Part shown: positions 37,927-46,314 of the stretch, piece after piece
Layout: the number at the start of each line of letters is the position of its first letter
Numbering within the stretch: position 1 is the stretch's first letter
Notes under the pieces: generated by a model
Databases searched by the model: none
What the model saw: the letters and a program-made list of their open reading frames with translations, nothing else
Told to the model about the DNA's origin: nothing
Position numbers and translations under genes: made by a program
IMG/VR virus record: IMGVR_UViG_3300050011_000164
Span: 1 to 64,000 of that record
Reading direction: 5' to 3' (one strand)
Length of the DNA: 64,000 nt
Origin: a virus

Positions 37927-38463
37927 TTAGAAATATCTTACGTAAACACTTACCAGATTCGAACTGGCTTGAAATTGAAATTGCTGATTCGCCTGTGCGA
38001 ACACCGAGGACGGCAGCACCAGAAACTCCGTGCCCGGGTGAAGTTCCGTGGCGACGGGTACAACGTAGTCGTCAACATCGGATGTACGGCCCGTGCAAGC
38101 ATCAGGAGCCGATAAAAGTGTGATCGTGGAATCACCATCTGCATAAGCTCCCCAATAGATCGATGGGGGTGACAGGGATGGGGTCTGATTCAAGCTACCC
38201 GCAAGAGCGATGTAAGCCTGACCGCCAATATTGACCACCTGCCCAGCCGTGTAAACCGTCACGCTCGACCATGCGAGTGCTGTAGTAGCGGCAGCACAAT
38301 AGAAGGTCACCAGATCACGACCCGTTGTCAAGAAGTAGTTACCGTTCACCGCGTCACAAACGGTATAAAGAGGGTTCAACCCCGTTCCCGTTCCCGTCGT
38401 CCCGAACGTGGCACTGAGTGTGATCGGCGCGTTGTTGACGACCATTGTTGGTTTCGTAAGCAT
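37927..38463 (-). CDS. virion protein with inserted CBM5/12-like carbohydrate-binding module
   Basis: WSSVTVYTAGQVVNIGGQAYIAL...P....YW. Confidence 0.55.
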   Translation of the reverse strand: MLTKPTMVVNNAPITLSATFGTTGTGTGLNPLYTVCDAVNGNYFLTTGRDLVTFYCAAATTALAWSSVTVYTAGQVVNIGGQAYIALAGSLNQTPSLSPPSIYWGAYADGDSTITLLSAPDACTGRTSDVDDYVVPVATELHPGTEFLVLPSSVFAQANQQFQFQASSNLVSVYVRYF

Positions 38464-38471
38464 GTGTCCCC

Positions 38472-38965
38472 TTACTTCTTTTTCTTATGAGTGGCTTTCC
38501 ACTCTTTGAATTCTTTGTGTTCGGAGGCGGTGATGCGAACAGCTTTTTCCGCTTTCCGCCAAAGCTTGCTGCCGACCCAATCAAAAGCAGCTTTACCGAA
38601 TGAACCAAGCAGTAAGCCTCCACTACCGAGAAAGTAGTGGATAAACCTATCGTCAAAGTCCATTCGGGCTTTTACCAGTTCGAACAACATTACGCTGCCT
38701 TTGGTGCCGTTGGTGCTGGGTTTGCCTTGACGTACAGATACGCCGCGAGGCCGCCGCTGGCAGCCGAGACCAGAATGAGCAGGTCAAGCTCGCTGCGTAG
38801 ACCGTTGGTGACGTTGAACTTCGTCGAATCGAGGATAGACGCACCCACAACAGACGACAGCCCAGACCATGCACCGTGCAGAGCCGCCATACCGACAGCC
38901 TTGATGTAGACAGCCCAACGTGAGCCTGCCGCTTCTTCTGCTTTCAACCAAGTGGAAATGGACAT
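38472..38965 (-). CDS. two small membrane proteins, holin-like (38690-38965 and 38472-38690)
   Basis: Hydrophobic helices and basic C-termini; TAATG coupling. Confidence 0.45.
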
Positions 38966-38971
38966 GATGAT

Positions 38972-38997
38972 GCCCTCCTACAAAGGAGGGCGGTAGG
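38972..38997 (-). promoter_or_regulatory. promoter-like motif overlapping a perfect 8-bp hairpin (GCCCTCCT-TTGT-AGGAGGGC) that sequesters the SD
   Basis: CCTACC-GCCCT-CCT-TTG-TAG; the AGGAGG SD lies in the 3' arm, which ends 6 nt before ATG 38965. Confidence 0.65.
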
Positions 38998-39002
38998 CAG
39001 AT

Positions 39003-39948
39003 TTATTCGGAGAAACCAGCCGCCCATAGGTAGAGGCGAGTTTGCCAGATGAAGAGGCGTCTCAGGCGAGCGCATTGGCGATAGGTCAGATTGAGGTTAC
39101 CGACAAGCCAGTATTCGGGCTGGCCCCAGAACACGTCTAGAATGATGAGGATGCGAGCGACTTCCTTCCTCCATCTTGGCCAAGGGAGCTTCTTTTTCTT
39201 GGAGTTACCCGTGTAGGCTTCAGATTGATGGGCGAGATTGTAAGTGATGGCACGCCACAAGCGTTCGCCCAGCGGGGTGTACCAGCCGTAAGGCGGGCCG
39301 TTACCTTTGGTGCGCGGGAACCATATCCACGAATAGGGTTGCATTTGTTTCCTGTGGCTAAGATCGCTTTGCGCCTTCGACCATAGGGATTAACTGCTCG
39401 TTCGTAAGTCCCACTTTATATCCTAGATCGGCAACCTGACCTGCGTCGAGACCGTCGAACCACTTCTGGAACATTGCAATCACGTCTTGCTTGGAGAGGT
39501 TCAGGTCTTTCACCAATCGGCTCGGGGTGACCCAGCAACGACCCATGTGCCCATTCGGACAAGAGCAACCGAGATCACATGGGACTTCGCTCACCAGTTG
39601 TTTGAAGCCCAATATGCCCGTCAGCCGCACGGTGTCCAGAACACCATCATCCGTATTGTAACCCGAGCCCCACTTGCCGATGACGAAGAAAGCTTTGGTT
39701 TGGTAGTAGTCGCCCGAGTTGAACTTGTTCATAATCTCAACGGGGTCAATATTCCACAGGCGGTCGCCTTCGCGGGGTTCGTCACTGTTCATAAGCCAAG
39801 GAGTGCCGGATTGAATGCCGAGACGATTCGGTCGGTCACACTGGTGCTCTTTGCCATCCTTGGTGACGATGATGACGTTGCCGTCCGAGATGTCACCTTC
39901 AATAAAGAATCCAGTACCGTTACGCCTTATTGTTTTGGTTTCCAACAT
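39003..39948 (-). CDS. two hypothetical genes (39003-39344, 39358-39948)
   Basis: SD-led ORFs; TGGTACCAT -10-like box upstream of 39948. Confidence 0.55.
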
Positions 39949-39980
39949 GTGATCCTCCCGCTTTCAATGGTACCACGAGG

Positions 39981-40036
39981 AAAGAAAAAAGGCTAGTTCC
40001 AAGTCCGATTCGAACGGAACTCATTGGAACTAGCCT
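39981..40036 (-). terminator. terminator-like hairpin
   Basis: AGGCTAGTTCCAA/TTGGAACTAGCCT stem followed by TTTTTCTTT. Confidence 0.65.
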
Positions 40037-40103
40037 ACCATTTTAATCAGAATCGGGGGTCTTTCTCCCCCATGCACTATAATAATACCATAGTCTGGAA
40101 CTT

Positions 40104-40844
40104 TTAGGAACCACCCGCCAAAGTAAAATTCACCTGAATCTGGGTTTGCACTTCAACGGGTGAGCCGTTGAGCAAATACGGTCTGTACCGCCATTGTTTA
40201 ACCGCATCGACGGCAGCCTTCACGAGCAGCGGATGCCCACTGATAACCTTCAAGTCCTCAATAGTCCCGTTCGCAGAAATCACCGCTTCAAGCATTACAG
40301 AGCCCTGCACGCGGGCTTGACGCGCCAACGGCGGGTAAGTCGGTGTCACCTTCCGAACCAGCATTCCAGCCGAAACACCTGACGATACTCGCACAATCTT
40401 GGGCGGTGCAAGTTGCGGTGCCGCCACTGGAACTGCACTGAGGATTGAGCCAATCACGCCGTTTGGTGTTCCTCCCGGAATTCCTCCGGGTACGCCACCC
40501 ACTACGCCTTGAACTGCCACAGACGGTGGAGGTGCGTCTTCTATGATCTGTTGAATCTTCTTTGGGATGCGCGTGGGCGTGCGAAGCTGCCCATTCACGA
40601 TGTCGGTCTGTACCTGCTTAACCACCCTAACTGGTGCGGCTGCTGGAGGGGGTGGCGGTGGTGGAGGGGAAGGCGCAACCAGCATAGTGACCAATTGCGC
40701 TGCGGGTAGCTCATCAGTGATGAACAACGGGATTAGAAGCACAATACCGAGGATCGCCGCTTCAATCAGAAACGCGACCGACGTGTATCGCCCGCGTTTG
40801 TCCTTCAGCTTACCGCCAGATTCTAATAGACTGTCTTCAAACAT
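40104..40844 (-). CDS. tonB: TonB-family energy transducer
   Basis: N-terminal TM, poly-Pro linker, GVVGGVPGG, PTYPPLARQARVQGSV..A.I...G..AVKQWRYRP..NG.PV.V (TonB C-terminal domain). Confidence 0.9.
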   Translation of the reverse strand: MFEDSLLESGGKLKDKRGRYTSVAFLIEAAILGIVLLIPLFITDELPAAQLVTMLVAPSPPPPPPPPAAAPVRVVKQVQTDIVNGQLRTPTRIPKKIQQIIEDAPPPSVAVQGVVGGVPGGIPGGTPNGVIGSILSAVPVAAPQLAPPKIVRVSSGVSAGMLVRKVTPTYPPLARQARVQGSVMLEAVISANGTIEDLKVISGHPLLVKAAVDAVKQWRYRPYLLNGSPVEVQTQIQVNFTLAGGS

Positions 40845-41013
40845 GTATCCCCCGTACTATATTAGAACTCAAAGTCACGTATTTGTTGCACGTTAAACCT
40901 CTATGGGAACCAGATGTCGTCGTCACCCGGTTGGGCTTGTAGATGACCGATCCAAATGAGTCCACCAACTATAAGCACGAAGCAAAGGATGAAAGCAGCG
41001 ATTTGCCAGAACA

Positions 41014-42069
41014 TTATACCACCTGTGAAACCTTTCGCCGCCCGCGCTTGCGCTTGGATTCCCCCGTATCGTTATTCTGGAAGCACGCGGCCAATTCTTT
41101 CAGTCGCGTGCGCTGACGAGCGAAAAGAGTCTCACTGATACCCAAAGATTTGGCAGCCTCATGCTGGGACGATGCCTGTTGAATCGCATCCATCGCAAAT
41201 ACCAACTCGGGCTCTTTCGCTTCGACATAACGGCGGAATTCATTGGCGAGCAAGTAGTTCTCGTACTGTTGTGCCGTGCGAGACGTGGCGGCACTCAGGT
41301 AGTCCGAGTGCACATGGCAGTAAGCATCATCCACCACGTCGTACTCACCGTTCTCGTGGCTGGGATCGACATTCGTCACGATGGTGACGTTGCCAATCCG
41401 ACAGATGGGATTCTTGTTGCGCTTCGAATACACGGTGTTGAACTTGTTCGTGAGGCACATGTTAACATACGAGCGGAAACGACGCTCACTCGCCCCATAC
41501 TGACTGATCGGATTGAATGTTTCGATCACATCCGTGCAGCCATTTACTCGGCCATTAGCACCCAGCTTGCGGTGCTTGCTAGATTGCGGTAGGTATTTCA
41601 TGTGAATGATGAGGTCCTGAGTCCAGTCTTGAACATCCCCGTCAACGATAAAGCGAGCAAGGCGCTTCTTAACCCAATTGCTGATGTAGAGGGGGTAGCG
41701 TTCGTAGAATTCGAGGAAGTCCTTTGGAACACGGAAACCGTCGTCGCCGATGTAGTGCCCCGTGCGAGGATCATACTGAATCTTGTCGTATTGGCTATCG
41801 GGTTTGGCGGGTGCTGGCGTGGTGACTGGGATCAGGTCCATCGGCATTGTGCGTCGGACGTGCCACACGCCGTCGATTTCCTCACCGATGGCGATAAGGG
41901 TCTTGATGAGTTCGTATTGCCATTGGTCGCCACATTCGTTTGGCAAACGTTCCGTCGCGAGAGCGAACAGTTGATCGATGCGCTTAGGGCCTTGAAAGAG
42001 AGCTATAGCTAAGAGGTTGCCGAACTTGAGAGAAGAAAATGCGAATGCAGCGGTCTCTAACGGAACCAT
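41014..42069 (-). CDS. sigma70/ECF-like sigma factor (putative)
   Basis: FYERY...DVQDWTQDLII (region 2.1-2.2-like); FRSYVNMCLTN (region 2.3-2.4-like); C-terminal HTH SQHEAAKSLGISE. Confidence 0.55.
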   Translation of the reverse strand: MVPLETAAFAFSSLKFGNLLAIALFQGPKRIDQLFALATERLPNECGDQWQYELIKTLIAIGEEIDGVWHVRRTMPMDLIPVTTPAPAKPDSQYDKIQYDPRTGHYIGDDGFRVPKDFLEFYERYPLYISNWVKKRLARFIVDGDVQDWTQDLIIHMKYLPQSSKHRKLGANGRVNGCTDVIETFNPISQYGASERRFRSYVNMCLTNKFNTVYSKRNKNPICRIGNVTIVTNVDPSHENGEYDVVDDAYCHVHSDYLSAATSRTAQQYENYLLANEFRRYVEAKEPELVFAMDAIQQASSQHEAAKSLGISETLFARQRTRLKELAACFQNNDTGESKRKRGRRKVSQVV

Positions 42070-42262
42070 TAGGTCTCCAACACTATCAAAATACTGAACT
42101 CCACGGGAATTCAGCGGGTGCCTTCCACTGTAGGCACGTTAACCCTTTAGTACACAGGGTCTATTTAGTTTATACATCAAGAGTTTGGTTTTATCAAGTG
42201 GAAAAAGGTACGAGCGTTTACTCATTCTTCCGTTGGATGCCATTCGGCTCAATGAGGATTCT

Positions 42263-42688
42263 TTAGTGCGCCAGCATCTTCCAGAGCATTCCGAGGAACA
42301 TCAGTACGTTAAAACCAATGCTGATGGCAAGGTTTTTGTCGAAGTTGGACTGCTCTTTATCCGAGGTCTTGGCAGATTTGTCGCCCACGCCCTGCGAACG
42401 GCTCTCACGGAGTGAGATAACGTCCTTGGTCAGTTCCGACACATTGAGAGCGACCTGCTCAATGTCTCCACTCATCACCTTATTGATCTCGCTCTGGTTG
42501 TTTTCGGACTTGCTGTTAGCCTTTTCGGAGGCGGCGAAAGCGACCTGTGTCGTCTTCTCTTGGTTAGCCAAAGCTACCGTGATGGCGGTCTGAGCGAACA
42601 CAGCTTGCTCGTCAACCTTCTTGCTGAGGTTGGCGATTCGTTCCGCCAGTACATCTACCGATAGTCCATTACCGTTGCGATTTGCCAT
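42263..42688 (-). CDS. coiled-coil protein with C-terminal TM
   Basis: Heptad pattern followed by LAISIGFNVLMFLGMLW. Confidence 0.6.
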   Translation of the reverse strand: MANRNGNGLSVDVLAERIANLSKKVDEQAVFAQTAITVALANQEKTTQVAFAASEKANSKSENNQSEINKVMSGDIEQVALNVSELTKDVISLRESRSQGVGDKSAKTSDKEQSNFDKNLAISIGFNVLMFLGMLWKMLAH

Positions 42689-42740
42689 GATTTTTCCTTC
42701 TAACTGGGGTAAAATTGACCCTACCTATAGATTCGGAAGC

Positions 42741-44870
42741 TTAAAAACGGCGTCCCTTGCCTCGGGATACCCTGTGGCTTCCGCCGCCAAATTTGAACTT
42801 GCTCATCTGGTACGTGCGTTCCGCTTGCTTCAGGTCCATCATGCTCATAGCATCGATATTGAGGATCGGCTTATGCGGAAGTGCCTGCTGTCGCTGCATG
42901 ATGAGGCTCTGCCCCGTAGGGTCCATTTTCAAGTGACCCTCATCGATTAGCCATTGCTGAACTTGCATGGCGACAAGCATGACCGCATCCACCATGTCGT
43001 CGTGGGCTCCCTTTTCCAGAGGAGCGTGAACGCGGATACGGTACTTGGCAACCACGTCGGTCTCCACCATCTTGATTTCGTGGATGAACTTCGGCACGTA
43101 CGGAAAATTAGCTGTGTGGTCATTGATGAATGACCGTAAAGCGTAAGCCATCTCCGAGTTGATCGCGGGGGTGAGATTCACCAATTCCATGTTATGGACT
43201 TCATTTTGCTCCAACAAAGTGATAAGCTGACGACCTGCGTGTTGATCGGTTGAGCCCTTAAAACAGGGAAGGATTTTGTTCATTTCCTTCAACCAGAGTA
43301 GGATGTCACCTACGGGTAAGAGTTGGAAATCCTTGTACTTGATACCGTCAGGAGTTTGAATGACAACCCCCGGACCTTCGAATTGCTCGCCAGCAATCAT
43401 ACGGTCGATGTAGTCAAACACTAGGTGGAAACCGTGGGTTAATCCGGGTGTTGGATTAGCGGCTTGACGAACCTCAAGGTGCCCAATCGCCAATGCCGAA
43501 GCGTCGGGCCTAGTATTATCGGGATCAGTGACGTTCACACCGCCAAGATCAAGGCCCCAGAAGTAGTTAAAGCCCACTTGATCGCCATTGAATCGCGTGG
43601 TGTTTAGACGAACGCTCGCACTGGGTAAAGGTTTGCCCATGCTGTCCCACGCACCTTCAGGCTTACCATTCACCAAAACATCCGTGCAGGTTATGATATC
43701 GATGGATCGAACGAACGATTCCGTAGATTCCAAGAATTGTCCGCCGTACTCAGCCCTGAACGTGATGGGGTTCTTACGAGCTTTGTCACGCAAGAACCCT
43801 GCCTTCAATTTCGGGTTCATTTCTGCCGATGAACAACTGAGGGCAAAGGTTGGGTTATCCTCGTTGATACCATCTTCCATCGCCATACGGTAGAGATCGT
43901 ACATCATACCGACTTTCTTCAATGGCGATGAGATGCTCAGAATCAATGAATCCTGAATTTCGACTTTACCATCCGTGCCTGCGGGTTCCACGTGGTGGAA
44001 ATCGCCCGTCTGGTGAAAGTCGGCCTCGTCGATGATGGGGGCGGATTCATCGTGATGGAAGTCGCCAGCGGCAGGTGTAGCAGCATCGTACATATCTTCA
44101 GACGTAGAACCTATCTCGGAACGGAAGTGAGCGAACTCATCAAGAGCGAGGAAGAGAGATGACGGACCACGGACAGCGTTCGTAGTACAGGGTAACGACA
44201 CGACTTGAACAGACGGCTTGGCAGCAACCTTGTGATGACGGTCAGCCTCGCAAGTGAACGTCAGGTTTTTGGCGTTGTTGTCCTTGATGTAGGTATGGAA
44301 CCACGTTGCACGAGTGACGGCAGCCTGAAGCTTTTGGAACAAGCGACCTGCGCCCGTTTCGTCCTGAGCCAAGAAGGTGAAGTCTATCTTTGAGCCCTCA
44401 GCCAAACCGAAGAACTTCTGCGGCGAGTTGATGCACAGCGTTAGGTAGAGCTTGTAGGCGGCAATGGCCGCAACGGCTTCCGATTTACCGCCACGACGAC
44501 CACAGAAGATAACCGCTTCGTTAAAACCTCTCTGTGGTATATCTCGCCAGTCTCCGACGTTGCAGCGTCCCTCTTCGTGGACGATATGGAGATACTCTTC
44601 TTCCGTGACCGTGCAGATCAGTTCATCGCGGAAGGGGTTCCACATCTCCACCATTCCCCAGTTTTCGATGGCGTCAGCCCACTTGGGACGATAATCAAAC
44701 GGGACGGCGAAGAGTGCCTTGATGAGGACTCGCTGAACGGGACGCAGGACGATACCCGTCCCTCCCGGTCCTTCAATGAAATCAATGGCATTGATCTTCC
44801 TTGTCGCATCAGGCAGGATGTTGTCTGCGATCTTTGTCCAAGCTGTATTTTTGACTTTCTTATCAGCCAT
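42741..44870 (-). CDS. terL: terminase large subunit
   Basis: LRPVQ adenine-binding motif, Walker A GRRGGKS, Walker B LALDEFAH, ISS coupling motif, nuclease GLDLG and HDDMVDA. Start MADKK at 44870 follows the promoter-like motif. Confidence 0.9.
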   Translation of the reverse strand: MADKKVKNTAWTKIADNILPDATRKINAIDFIEGPGGTGIVLRPVQRVLIKALFAVPFDYRPKWADAIENWGMVEMWNPFRDELICTVTEEEYLHIVHEEGRCNVGDWRDIPQRGFNEAVIFCGRRGGKSEAVAAIAAYKLYLTLCINSPQKFFGLAEGSKIDFTFLAQDETGAGRLFQKLQAAVTRATWFHTYIKDNNAKNLTFTCEADRHHKVAAKPSVQVVSLPCTTNAVRGPSSLFLALDEFAHFRSEIGSTSEDMYDAATPAAGDFHHDESAPIIDEADFHQTGDFHHVEPAGTDGKVEIQDSLILSISSPLKKVGMMYDLYRMAMEDGINEDNPTFALSCSSAEMNPKLKAGFLRDKARKNPITFRAEYGGQFLESTESFVRSIDIITCTDVLVNGKPEGAWDSMGKPLPSASVRLNTTRFNGDQVGFNYFWGLDLGGVNVTDPDNTRPDASALAIGHLEVRQAANPTPGLTHGFHLVFDYIDRMIAGEQFEGPGVVIQTPDGIKYKDFQLLPVGDILLWLKEMNKILPCFKGSTDQHAGRQLITLLEQNEVHNMELVNLTPAINSEMAYALRSFINDHTANFPYVPKFIHEIKMVETDVVAKYRIRVHAPLEKGAHDDMVDAVMLVAMQVQQWLIDEGHLKMDPTGQSLIMQRQQALPHKPILNIDAMSMMDLKQAERTYQMSKFKFGGGSHRVSRGKGRRF

Positions 44871-44890
44871 ATATAAAAGGAATTGGTAGT
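44871..44890 (-). promoter_or_regulatory. promoter-like motif ACTACC-AATTC-CTT-TTA-TAT abutting the terL ATG
   Basis: Directly precedes ATG 44870. Confidence 0.6.
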
Positions 44891-44907
44891 AGGAGGATTT
44901 GGGGAGG

Positions 44908-45081
44908 TTATTCGCCGCGTTCGTACTTGCAGCCTTCACAGTCGAGTGGACAGGGGGTGGGCACGTAGCAGGTATCACAGATGAAGTATTTGGTGAAATC
45001 TTCGCCGAAGAGTTCGGCCATAATCTTCAACTTCTTTTCGAGGTCTTCGTCGAGAGGATTATCGCATTTTATACAGTTCAT
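44908..45081 (-). CDS. 57-aa Cys-rich (Zn-finger-like) protein
   Basis: MNCIKCDNPL...ICDTC..PCPLDCEGC; below the ORF-track cutoff. Confidence 0.55.
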   Translation of the reverse strand: MNCIKCDNPLDEDLEKKLKIMAELFGEDFTKYFICDTCYVPTPCPLDCEGCKYERGE

Positions 45082-45123
45082 AAGAAAACCGGGGGCGGCT
45101 GCGTAGCGGAGAGAACCGCCCCC
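45082..45123 (-). terminator. terminator downstream of tRNA
   Basis: GGGGGCGG/CCGCCCCC stem followed by GGTTTTCTT. Confidence 0.6.
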
Positions 45124-45155
45124 TCAACGGCACCCACACATGGTGGGGCCGCACT

Positions 45156-45230
45156 TGGAACCCGCGACGGGACTCACACCCGCAACTCCTTCGTTTAGAA
45201 TGAAGTGCTCTGCAATTGAGCTACGCAGGT
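45156..45230 (-). tRNA. tRNA with CUA anticodon (amber suppressor), encoded CCA
   Basis: ACCTGCG-TA-GCTC-AATTGCA-GAGC-A-CTTCA-TTCTAAA-CGAAG-GAGTT-GCGGG-TGTGAGT-CCCGT-CGCGGGT-T-CCA. 75-nt cloverleaf with an A31-C39 mismatch and non-canonical D and T loops. Confidence 0.8.
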
Positions 45231-46266
45231 AAACTTACTTCGTCACGACAATAGCTGATATATCGAGCCGCTGCGCCACATTTGTGCTCGTAACTACAGC
45301 CGCAATCACCATTTTCATCCTCTGGGTATGTGATGACCCTGCCATGTTGCAGCAAGTCGAAGAACGTCATGCAATTGTCACAGAAGAACCCCCACGTGTC
45401 GAAGTCCCACGGAGTGGGGCTTGGATCAGCGGGCAGCGTTGTTAGGCGTCGGTAAGTCCGATGTCCTACTCCTCCGCACATAATTCGCTCTCCATCGGCA
45501 CTTCGTCTGGCGGATCGTTCAATGGATACGTTTCAGGCCACTTCTTGCCGCAGCTTGCGTCCACGTTCATTGGCACACGGAGAGGCTTGCGGAATACTTC
45601 GTTGAACTGATCGTGCGTGAAGCACAATAAAATACCCGCAGAGTTGTCTGGCATTAGGCTTGTCCCCCTTCGCTCATGGGTGTGCCCTGTTGTCCTGACC
45701 TGATTTCCAAGGTAGTTATGCCGCCAGTGGTCGCGATATGAGGCACTTCGACGTTCTTCATGAGCAGAGCCCACTGAGCGATGCGCCCCATCGTGAGGTA
45801 GGTTGGCTCCATCGGGTGGTAGTAGATGCCGTGAACTTCGCAGAACGCGAACGCTTCCTCTTGACTACCTGCGATTGCTTTGAGTGCTTCGTGTTGAAGG
45901 GTGGGCATTAGTCGTCCCATCCTTCGCGAGTAATGCCGTCCCAGCCGTCGCGAGTGATTTCGCCTTGGGTGTCAGTGATGCCGCCTGTGGTTGCCATTGT
46001 TGGGTCTGTGCCTTCGATCTCGATTGGTACTTTCTTTCCAAATGTAGTATCCATTATCGTCCTCTCCTATGTAATACTGGATTTCTTAGGTCAGCCCGAA
46101 CGAACCTTACTCGGCCCCGACCGCCACTTGCCTGTGCTGCGGGCTCTTCAAGCCAGTTATCCCACTCATCTTGGTCGCACTCAATGAGATCAATCGTGTC
46201 CTTCCAGTTATCCTTGGCGAGAACACGACCTGATTTCGATGAGGTTTTGACCCCGATCTTAGCCAC
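45221..46266 (-). CDS. small hypothetical genes (45221-45481, 45466-45654, 45654-45908, ~45908-46054, 46054-46266)
   Basis: Coupled short ORFs with SD sites. Confidence 0.45.
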
Positions 46267-46314
46267 GGTTAATCTCCCCTCATGTATTCTAACACTCTAG
46301 TGACCTACGGGGGT

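Noticed and set aside
43990-44070. Intein in TerL (GDFHH duplicated insert)
   Set aside because: Short acidic insertion with no C/S start or HN end splice motifs.
44871-44978. N-terminal extension of TerL in the ORF track
   Set aside because: Overlaps a 57-aa Cys-rich gene and the promoter-like motif; MADKK at 44870 is the better start.
45156-45230. tRNA-Pyl
   Set aside because: Has a 2-nt acceptor/D connector, 5-nt variable loop and 5-bp anticodon stem, unlike tRNA-Pyl; no pyl genes in the window.
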